DNA of 32,000 nt, from NCBI RefSeq assembly GCF_900103135.1, contig NZ_FNGO01000002.1, forward strand, positions 20,480 through 52,479, written 5' to 3'. Numbering within the stretch: the first letter of the stretch is position 1; every line of letters starts with the position of its first letter. This document shows, piece after piece, positions 25,138 to 32,000 of the stretch. A program made the translations under genes and the position numbers. The notes beneath the pieces are model-generated. The model did not search any database. It was not told where the DNA came from and was given only the letters and a program-made list of their open reading frames with translations. This DNA is from Halarsenatibacter silvermanii (GTDB lineage: Bacteria; Bacillota; Halanaerobiia; Halanaerobiales; Halarsenatibacteraceae).

Positions 25138-26043
25138 TCACTGCAGGGCCTCAGCACCGCTGACTATCTCGGTGATCTCTTTGGTTATCTGTTCCTGACG
25201 GGCCCTGTTATAAGATAGAGTCAGTTCATCGATCATCTCTTCCGCGTTTTCAGTAGCATTGTCCATGGCTGTCATCCGTGAACCAAATTCGCTGGCTTTG
25301 GACTCGAGTATAGCCGAATAGAGAACATTGTTGAGATACTGCGGTAAAATGGTGTCCAGAACTTCGGGAATTGTCGGCTCATAAAGATAGCTGGCTCCGC
25401 TTTTCTCCTCCGGCCTTTCCTGCTCCTGCTCTATCAACTCTTCTTCCTCTGCCACCCTGGCTTCTTCTTTTTCGGTCGGTATATCGGCTGGCAGCAGTGA
25501 GATATCACGCACACTCTGGCTTAAAGCCGATTCAAAATGAGTGTAGATCAGATGCACCCTGTCGATATTTTCGCTCAAATACAGATCTATCACCCGATCT
25601 GTAACACGGCGGGCAAACCAAAAACTGGGATAATCGTCAAGATCGACATAATCGGCTGCTATCTCGTACTCCTGGCGCCGAAAGGTGCGATAGCCTGTAC
25701 GCCCCAGAACCACCAGCTGATCTCCTCTGCTGGCTAAAGCATTAAACCGTCTGATAACTTTAGTATTATAGGAACCGCAGAGGCCGCGGTCCGAAGTCAC
25801 CAGCATATAAAGCTCACTATCACCTTCGGTGGGTTCTAAGAGCGGATGCTCGGCCGTTTCATCGGTATTATGGACTATATCGACCAGAACTTCTCTGGTA
25901 CGATTGAAAAAAGGTCGAGATTGTACGGCCTTTTCCTGGGCCCGCCTCAATTTGGCCGACGCAACCATCTTCATCGCCCGGGTAATCTGCTTGGTATTTT
26001 CAACAGTATCTATGCGCCTTTCGATATCGCGCATCGTTTCCAT
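25138..26043 (-). CDS. atpG: F1 ATP synthase subunit gamma
   Basis: 'MRDIERRIDTVENTKQITRAMKMVASAKLRRAQE' at the N-terminus and 'LTLSYNRARQEQITKEITEIVSGAEAL' at the C-terminus are canonical gamma termini. Confidence 0.92.
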   Translation of the reverse strand: METMRDIERRIDTVENTKQITRAMKMVASAKLRRAQEKAVQSRPFFNRTREVLVDIVHNTDETAEHPLLEPTEGDSELYMLVTSDRGLCGSYNTKVIRRFNALASRGDQLVVLGRTGYRTFRRQEYEIAADYVDLDDYPSFWFARRVTDRVIDLYLSENIDRVHLIYTHFESALSQSVRDISLLPADIPTEKEEARVAEEEELIEQEQERPEEKSGASYLYEPTIPEVLDTILPQYLNNVLYSAILESKASEFGSRMTAMDNATENAEEMIDELTLSYNRARQEQITKEITEIVSGAEALQ

Positions 26044-26103
26044 GGGTTAAACCACCTCTCATAAACTCTGTGACTGTCTGCAGCTTTCAGGTCTTTATCA
26101 CCC

Positions 26104-27669
26104 TTACTCGCGCTCGGGCTCCTCTTCCTCCTCACCTCTGTCGACGAGGCTTTTTTCCTCTATGGAGAAACTTTCTTTGAACTCCTGTATCGTCTCTATC
26201 AGTCTTTCTTCTATTTCATCAGTCATCTCCCCTGTGTCGACAATATTTTCCAGGAGATCATTGTAGCTCGAGCGCATGAAGGAAAGATATTCGGCCTCAA
26301 AACGATCTAAATTGTCGACGGGGATGTCATCGAGATAACCTTCAACCACGGCAAAGAGAATAACTATCTGCTCCTCAACCGGCATGGGATCGTTCTCATC
26401 CTGAGTGAGGATTTCAACTATCCTTTCACCGCGAGCCAGGCGCTGCTGGGTCGATTCATCCAGATCGGAGCCGAATTGTGCAAAAGCTTCCAGCTCGCGA
26501 TACTGAGAAAGATCAAGCCGCAGAGTACCGGCTACATCCTTCATGGCCTTTATTTGAGCATCGCCACCAACTCGCGATACAGAAGTACCGACGTTTATAG
26601 CCGGGCGAACGCCCGAGAAGAACAATTCGCTTTCTAAATATATCTGACCATCAGTTATCGAAATAACATTGGTCGGTATATAGGCGGAAACGTCACCGGC
26701 CTGTGTTTCGATGATGGGCAGAGCCGTCAGCGAGCCGCCGCCATAATCCGGATTGAGTTTGGCTGCTCGCTCCAGAAGACGCGAGTGAAGATAAAAGACA
26801 TCTCCAGGATAAGCTTCACGTCCGGGAGGACGGCGCAGAAGCAGCGACATGGCGCGGTATGCGTCGGCGTGTTTGGATAGGTCATCATAGCAGACCAGCA
26901 CATCATCGCCGTTTTCGTACATGAAATGCTCGCCCATGGCACAGCCCGCATAGGGAGCTATGTACTTCAGGGGAGCGGGTTCGCTGGCGGTTGCCGCCAC
27001 TATGATGGTGTGCTCGAGTGCGCCTTCGGCAGCCAGCCTCTCTCGCAGCTGGGCTACGTCAGATGCCTTCTGTCCTATGGCTACGTATACGCATTTTACG
27101 TTGGTGTCACGCTGATTGATTATGGTATCGACCGCGATAGCAGTCTTACCGGTCTGACGGTCGCCGATTATCAGCTCACGCTGTCCGCGGCCTATGGGGA
27201 TCATCGAATCTATAGATTTAAGACCGGTCTGCAGCGGAGTTTTTACCGGCTCACGGGTGACAACACCGGGAGCTTTGAATTCAGCAGGTCGGGTGCCCTC
27301 GGTTTCGATCTGACCCTGGCCGTCCAGCGGCTCACCCAGCGGATTAACCACCCGGCCCAGCAGATTCTCACCGACGGGTACCTCTACTACCCGGCCCGTT
27401 CTGCGAACTTCATCGCCTTCATCAATAGCTGTCTCCTCTCCCAGAATGACGACCCCGACGTTATCTTCTTCCAGATTAAGGGCCATACCGAAAATTTCAC
27501 CGGGAAATTCGACCAGTTCCATCGACATGCAGTCTTCCAGACCATAAACATGGGCAATTCCATCGCCCACATCGAGCACAGTCCCCACGCCGACAGTTTC
27601 CAGTTCTGCTCCATAATTCTCGATCTCTTTTTTTATAATCGAACTGATTTCTTCAGGTCTTATATTCAT
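26104..27669 (-). CDS. atpA: F1 ATP synthase subunit alpha (with short acidic C-terminal extension)
   Basis: '[19 protein letters not shown]', Walker A '[15 protein letters not shown]' and '[14 protein letters not shown]' identify the subunit. The C-terminus ends in '...[12 protein letters not shown]'. Confidence 0.95.
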   Translation of the reverse strand: MNIRPEEISSIIKKEIENYGAELETVGVGTVLDVGDGIAHVYGLEDCMSMELVEFPGEIFGMALNLEEDNVGVVILGEETAIDEGDEVRRTGRVVEVPVGENLLGRVVNPLGEPLDGQGQIETEGTRPAEFKAPGVVTREPVKTPLQTGLKSIDSMIPIGRGQRELIIGDRQTGKTAIAVDTIINQRDTNVKCVYVAIGQKASDVAQLRERLAAEGALEHTIIVAATASEPAPLKYIAPYAGCAMGEHFMYENGDDVLVCYDDLSKHADAYRAMSLLLRRPPGREAYPGDVFYLHSRLLERAAKLNPDYGGGSLTALPIIETQAGDVSAYIPTNVISITDGQIYLESELFFSGVRPAINVGTSVSRVGGDAQIKAMKDVAGTLRLDLSQYRELEAFAQFGSDLDESTQQRLARGERIVEILTQDENDPMPVEEQIVILFAVVEGYLDDIPVDNLDRFEAEYLSFMRSSYNDLLENIVDTGEMTDEIEERLIETIQEFKESFSIEEKSLVDRGEEEEEPERE

Positions 27670-27672
27670 AAT

Positions 27673-28236
27673 TCATTCCACCCCTAGTTTGCTTACAGGA
27701 ATTTGTTCCAGCTGTTTTTGAATTTTCTCCAGCTCGCCCTGGATGCTGCCATCTATTATTCTATCGCCAACTGTTATCTGAAATCCGCCGATTATATCTT
27801 CATCAACCTCTGTCTCCAGTTCGATATTGTAACCGGTAATGTCGGAGAGTCTGACACGGATTCTGTTCTCCAGTTCCTCGGGCAGCTCTATGGCCGAACT
27901 GAGCTCAACCTCCAGTATCTTTTCAGCTTGGTTATGTCTTTTTTCGAAGTCACGAACGATATGATGAAGAAATCTGATTCTCCTCTTATCGATCAGCAGC
28001 TGGCAGAAATCCCTGGTGATATCGCTTATCTCATCGCCGACGATATCCAGGAAGACCTCTTTTTTCTTTTCATCATTTATGCGGGGATGATAAAGAAGGT
28101 TTTTAAAATCTCTAACCTCGGATACAGTCTCGCGCAGCATCTTCAGGTCTTCGGCGACCTGTTCCAGCTCGCCTTCTTCCTGAGCCAGCTCGAAAACTGC
28201 CTGTCCGTATTTGCGGGCTACTTCGTTCTCTATCAT
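27673..28236 (-). CDS. atpH: F1 ATP synthase subunit delta (OSCP)
   Basis: 'VARKYGQAVFELAQEEG' is an OSCP N-terminus, and '...IIGGFQITVGDRIIDGSIQGEL' is an OSCP C-terminus. There is an ATGA overlap with atpF. Confidence 0.85.
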   Translation of the reverse strand: MIENEVARKYGQAVFELAQEEGELEQVAEDLKMLRETVSEVRDFKNLLYHPRINDEKKKEVFLDIVGDEISDITRDFCQLLIDKRRIRFLHHIVRDFEKRHNQAEKILEVELSSAIELPEELENRIRVRLSDITGYNIELETEVDEDIIGGFQITVGDRIIDGSIQGELEKIQKQLEQIPVSKLGVE

Positions 28237-28733
28237 CCGAGCTCACCGAGCTGAACTTCATCCAGCTCTTCCAGATAGCTTTCAATTATCTTTTCCTGGT
28301 CCTCTCTATCCAGCTCCTGCTGTAAAAATTTGCCTGCTACCTGCAGCGAGATGCTCGAAACCTCCCGCCGCAGCTCGTCGGCTGCCTCCTGGCGGGCCTG
28401 TTCTATCTCGGCCATGCGCCTTTCTTTTATGCGTGCAGCTTCCTCTTCGGCATCGTTTATGATCTCTTCAGCCCTCTCTTCACCGCGCTCTTCAGCTTCA
28501 TTTATGATTTTCTGAGCTTTCTGGCGGGCTTCTTTGAGCTGCTGCTGGCGCTGTTCTTTCAGCTCCTTCGCCTCTTCTTTCTGACGGCGGGCTTCCTCCA
28601 GGTCGCTTTCTATCTTGCTCGAGCGCTTATCGAGCATCTCGGTAACGGGACCGTAGAGGAACTTGCGGAGCAAATACAGCAGCACAAAAAAGTTTACCAG
28701 CTGCCAGATAAAGGTCGTATTCAGATCAATCAA
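28233..28733 (-). CDS. atpF: Fo ATP synthase subunit b
   Basis: A single N-terminal TM helix 'FIWQLVNFFVLLYLLRKFLYGPV' is followed by a long charged helix. The TTG start lies 10 nt after AGGAGG. Position between atpE and atpH supports the call. Confidence 0.85.
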   Translation of the reverse strand: MIDLNTTFIWQLVNFFVLLYLLRKFLYGPVTEMLDKRSSKIESDLEEARRQKEEAKELKEQRQQQLKEARQKAQKIINEAEERGEERAEEIINDAEEEAARIKERRMAEIEQARQEAADELRREVSSISLQVAGKFLQQELDREDQEKIIESYLEELDEVQLGELG

Positions 28734-28866
28734 ACCGCGCTCACCTCCTGAGATGTATAAGTAACGGCTATTTCTACGTTCTGCTCTTATATCTCCTTCA
28801 AAGCTGCTTCAGCTGATTCCATAAATAATTAAATCATTCCGGTTCTCCGGCTGCGATAAAACAGCA

Positions 28867-28894
28867 CTCCGGCCGGAAAAATTTCCGGCCGGGG
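28867..28894 (-). promoter_or_regulatory. GC-rich stem-loop between atpE and atpF (possible attenuator or mRNA-stabilising hairpin)
   Basis: CCGGCCGGAA/TTCCGGCCGG forms a 10-bp perfect stem (28869-28892) with a 4-nt loop. It extends to 12 bp with one G-U pair. On the minus strand it is followed by AGTGCTGTTTTATCG. It lies about 15 nt after the atpE stop, inside a 176-nt gap. Confidence 0.5.
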
Positions 28895-28909
28895 GATCGC
28901 TGCTTAAAC

Positions 28910-29179
<270 letters not shown>

Positions 29180-29291
29180 CTACCTCCTTTATAAACTTGC
29201 GAATAGTTTGGTGATTTGATTATCTTTTCTCGACTCTGACAATCTGCTTCTTCAATCAGGTCAAATAGTTCTCAACCTCGTTTAATTGTTA

Positions 29292-29951
29292 TCAGGCCCG
29301 AGCCACAGCTATATAAGCTATAGCTATCATTCCGAATATGAGGGCCTGAACTGAACCAACAAAGAGATCAAACCAGGCGTGCAGCGGCACTGGTAAAACC
29401 CAGGGAGCAGCCTGGTAAATGAGCATGACTATGATACCGCCTCCCACCATGTTACCGAAAAGACGAAAGGAGTGGGAGATCGGTTTGGCCAATTCCGAGA
29501 CCACGTTGAGCGGAAAGAGTATAATAGTCGGATGGGCAAAACTTTTTATATAACCCAGAGGCCCCTTTACCTTCATGCCCTCATAATGGCTTATCACAAA
29601 GACCAAAAGCCCCAGTGACAGCGTCGTATTCAAATCGGCTGTGGGATTATCTACCGCAGGTAAAAATCCAACCAGATTGGAAAGACCGATATAAATAAAT
29701 ATAGTGCCTATCAGCGGCAGCATGCGGCGCCCATGCCCCGGCATCATTGGTTCTATCTGCCCTAATATCAACTCCACTATGGCCTCTCCCAGATTCTGCA
29801 GGCCGGACGGCACCATCTTCATCTCTCTGGTGGCCATACGGGCCCCCACTATTAAGACTATACAGACCGCCCAGCTCCAGACAAGGGTGTGAGTTATGGG
29901 CAAGGCTTCATGACCGAATAGGTGGGTGACCACCTGTGGACCAGGATCCAT
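29292..29951 (-). CDS. atpB: Fo ATP synthase subunit a
   Basis: A polytopic membrane protein with the essential Arg motif 'SHSFRLFGNMVGG'. ATG 29951 lies 7 nt after AAGGAGG; the ORF track begins one codon earlier at TTG 29954. Confidence 0.9.
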   Translation of the reverse strand: MDPGPQVVTHLFGHEALPITHTLVWSWAVCIVLIVGARMATREMKMVPSGLQNLGEAIVELILGQIEPMMPGHGRRMLPLIGTIFIYIGLSNLVGFLPAVDNPTADLNTTLSLGLLVFVISHYEGMKVKGPLGYIKSFAHPTIILFPLNVVSELAKPISHSFRLFGNMVGGGIIVMLIYQAAPWVLPVPLHAWFDLFVGSVQALIFGMIAIAYIAVARA

Positions 29952-29970
29952 CAAAAAACCTCCTTTCCTG

Positions 29971-30510
29971 CTAGAGATTCTTCAGCTTGTGCGGCAGGTC
30001 TTCCTGCTGTGAATCTCCAACCTCGCTGTCAGCAATACTCTCGTTTACGTATTCCTCTTCCAGTTCATGTCGGCGCAGAGTACCCAGCGGCGATATCCTG
30101 AAGTTCTCCCGTTTTTCCTGAATAAAAGAACGGATCATCTCCATAACTGCTGAGAATATTATGGTGAATTTCAGCAGCAGCAGCCCCAGCGCCGCAGCCA
30201 GAAGATCCAAGTTCGGCTGCCAGGCAGCTGCAGCCAGCACCACAAAAAAGATAAAATAATTGATTATCATTCTATTGCGAATAAACCTGCGGGCGGCTTC
30301 TTTGTCCATCTCCAGAGCCCGCCGGCTATGTATGAGCTTGAGCCTGAAAAGCAGCAGGGCCACACTGAGGCCGAATATCAGACCCAAAACCGCCTCCAGC
30401 CTCCCGGAAATAACAGCTGCTCCGATCATCCAGAAACCGGCAAAAAGCGTTCGTTTTGTTAATGCTTTAACAACCTCTGCCGGAGATCGGGCAAAGATAT
30501 TTTCATTCAT
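29971..30510 (-). CDS. atpI: ATP synthase protein I (AtpI-like) with acidic C-terminal extension
   Basis: A small hydrophobic protein with four predicted TM helices, immediately upstream of atpB, which is the AtpI position. The call rests on position and topology more than on motifs. Confidence 0.5.
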   Translation of the reverse strand: MNENIFARSPAEVVKALTKRTLFAGFWMIGAAVISGRLEAVLGLIFGLSVALLLFRLKLIHSRRALEMDKEAARRFIRNRMIINYFIFFVVLAAAAWQPNLDLLAAALGLLLLKFTIIFSAVMEMIRSFIQEKRENFRISPLGTLRRHELEEEYVNESIADSEVGDSQQEDLPHKLKNL

Positions 30511-30727
30511 CCCCCATCACTCCAGTAATAATCTGATAGACCCCATAAAAACCGCCCCCAACTCCGATAATCAGGCCGAGAAGGGAAAACCAGGGTTCTG
30601 AGGAGAGAAGACCGTCAAAAAATGAGCCTATAAAATATCCCAGCCCGATCGCAACTATCATGACAAGTCCCAGATAACTCAGCAGTCCGGCGGCTCTTAT
30701 AATCCTGGACCAATCATTTTTTTCCAT
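30503..30727 (-). CDS. atpZ: AtpZ/ATPase_gene1-type small membrane protein
   Basis: 74 aa with two TM helices, 'AAGLLSYLGLVMIVAIGLGYFIGSFFD' and 'PWFSLLGLIIGVGGGFYGVYQII'. The pattern is typical of the small protein encoded first in many Firmicute atp operons. It overlaps the atpI start by 8 nt. Confidence 0.6.
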   Translation of the reverse strand: MEKNDWSRIIRAAGLLSYLGLVMIVAIGLGYFIGSFFDGLLSSEPWFSLLGLIIGVGGGFYGVYQIITGVMGDE

Positions 30728-30906
30728 AATCCTGCTCTCAGTCCTTATAGAGCTCGCTTTTGAATTTTCAGAGCGAAAAGAAATGATCCTACCTGCCGGA
30801 AAATAATTCCAGCAAAATTCCGCTTCTAATCTACTTTTTTCTGGATATCATTATTGATTCCTGCCTTGCTGGTAAAATAACTAAAATTCAGCCAATTTGC
30901 AGATTG

Positions 30907-31983
30907 TTATTTATTCATTTCCTGCTGACGTCCCTCGCGGGATAGCTTTCTGCCGTCGCGAGGAATTTCCACCGAGAACACCCCAAGCCGCCAGAACCCA
31001 TAAATCAGAAAACTGGCTGCTATCAAAATCACAAGCAGGCCTCTGTGAAACTTGAGGCTGTTGACCAGCACGGCCAGAACTCCCAGAAAAACGCTGATGA
31101 GATAAACTATAAAAGCAACCTGGCGCTGTGTCCAGCCCAGAGCCAGCAATCTGTGGTGGAGATGACCGTGATCAGCCTGGGAGATGGGACGGGAGTTATA
31201 AAAACGGCGCACAATGGCGTAGACAGTATCAAAAATAGGTATGCCCAGAACCAGCAGAGGCACCAGAACTGTTACTGCTGCAGCGCTTTTTAAAGCCCCG
31301 AGAATAGAGATGGCTGCCAGCAGATAACCCAGCAGCATCGAACCACCGTCGCCCAGAAATATCTGGGCTGGATGAAAATTGTAACGTAAAAAGGCCAGGG
31401 TGCTGCCCCCCAGCGCCAGCATCATCAGAGCCGAGGCTGCCTGACCCTCCTGCAGACTCACAGCAAAAAGGGTGACAGCGGCTATGGCAGAAATCCCGGC
31501 TGCCAGCCCGTCCAGTCCGTCGATGAGATTAATTGCATTGACGATGCTTACCACCCAGAGGAGGGTAAAAGGTATACTCAAAAGCCCGAGATGGATCATA
31601 CCACCGGTCAGGGGGTTGGTAATGAAGTCGATGCTGATGCCGAAAGGAATTAAAGCGGCAGCGGCCAGAAGCTGTCCTAAAAATTTGCCCATGGGCGGAA
31701 TCGGTCGCAGATCATCCGCTGTACCCAGCAGCAAAATCAAGCTGCCGCCGACTAAAAGACCGCGAACATCCCGTCCGACGCCCTGGCTCTGCAGAAGAGC
31801 CAGGGTAAAACCGAAGTATACAGCCAGACCGCCGAGATTGGGAACCCGACGGATATTTATGCGTCGGCGGGAAGGTTCATCAACCGCTTCCAGCCGGTGC
31901 GCCAGCTCCCTCACCGCCGGCGTTAACAGATATGTAATTCCCAGTGAAATCAGCAGAACACTGAGATAGGCCATAATCTCCAC
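30907..31983 (-). CDS. MraY/WecA/TagO-family polyprenyl-phosphate N-acetylhexosamine-1-phosphate transferase (GT4)
   Basis: About 10-11 TM helices, with 'DEPSRRRINIRRVPNLGGLAVYFGF', 'NAINLIDGLDGLAAG', 'IFLGDGGSMLLGY' and 'HLHHRLL' as conserved WecA/TagO blocks. The start is ambiguous between GTG 31983 and ATG 31974. Confidence 0.85.
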   Translation of the reverse strand: MEIMAYLSVLLISLGITYLLTPAVRELAHRLEAVDEPSRRRINIRRVPNLGGLAVYFGFTLALLQSQGVGRDVRGLLVGGSLILLLGTADDLRPIPPMGKFLGQLLAAAALIPFGISIDFITNPLTGGMIHLGLLSIPFTLLWVVSIVNAINLIDGLDGLAAGISAIAAVTLFAVSLQEGQAASALMMLALGGSTLAFLRYNFHPAQIFLGDGGSMLLGYLLAAISILGALKSAAAVTVLVPLLVLGIPIFDTVYAIVRRFYNSRPISQADHGHLHHRLLALGWTQRQVAFIVYLISVFLGVLAVLVNSLKFHRGLLVILIAASFLIYGFWRLGVFSVEIPRDGRKLSREGRQQEMNK

Positions 31984-32000
31984 TTCTCCTCTGCTATTTT

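Noticed and set aside
26926-27687. 253-aa plus-strand ORF opposite atpA, and similar ones at 11916-12776 (opposite bamA), 27703-28254 (opposite atpH) and 31472-31969 (opposite the GT4 transferase)
   Set aside because: The opposite strand encodes highly conserved proteins with canonical motifs in each case. These ORFs have no motif content and arise from codon bias.
28780-28815. 11-codon minus-strand mini-ORF (MESAEAALKEI) in the atpE-atpF spacer, and a GAAGGAG with no start codon after it
   Set aside because: The ATG has no RBS, and the GAAGGAG has no start codon at usable spacing. It is not a second c-subunit gene or a recognisable small protein.
30744-30772. Possible atp operon promoter (CTGAAA-N16-TATAAG, minus strand) upstream of atpZ
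   Set aside because: It matches only 4/6 at -35 and 5/6 at -10, with non-optimal spacing and no TG extension. That is too weak to list as a feature, although a promoter must lie somewhere in the 179-nt wecA-atpZ gap.

Overview
The window is a densely packed, single-orientation chromosomal segment. Every gene I accept is on the minus strand. I found no rRNA, tRNA, CRISPR array or mobile element. All identifications come from reading the supplied translations and my own start-codon and RBS inspection; no database or HMM search was possible.

In transcription order (high to low coordinates) the window holds three blocks:
1. A WecA/TagO-type GT4 transferase, then a complete F1Fo ATP synthase operon (atpZ-atpI-atpB-atpE-atpF-atpH-atpA-atpG-atpD-atpC) ending in a hairpin terminator.
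2. A gap of about 560 bp that is AT-rich and has no convincing ORF, followed by murA and mreB.
3. An 18-20 kb outer-membrane/LPS block: S55 (SpoIVB-like) peptidase, tamB, bamA, skp, a membrane-anchored coiled-coil protein, a Skp-like lipoprotein, lpxD, lpxC, fabZ, an lpxA-like gene, lpxI, lpxB, an lptC-like lipoprotein, lptA, lptB, one lptF/G permease, a DUF3084-type protein, and the start of a YqgF/RuvX-like gene.

The Firmicute-style atp-murA-mreB synteny sits beside a full LPS/Bam/Tam/Lpt cluster, and the proteins are extremely acidic with many D/E-rich tails. By inference this points to a halophilic diderm Firmicute of the Halanaerobiales type.

Observations most worth follow-up:
- The lpxA-position protein lacks the catalytic histidine and three other conserved histidines.
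- The S55 protease has its Ser-bearing segment before its His-bearing segment, the reverse of SpoIVB.
- An uncharacterised transmembrane coiled-coil protein is sandwiched between two Skp-like genes.
- A DUF3084 gene is translationally coupled to the end of the Lpt genes.
- The ATP synthase c subunit carries the complete Na+-binding signature.

Several ORF-track N-termini appear over-extended, and I give RBS-supported starts instead. At least 8 genes appear to use GTG or TTG starts.
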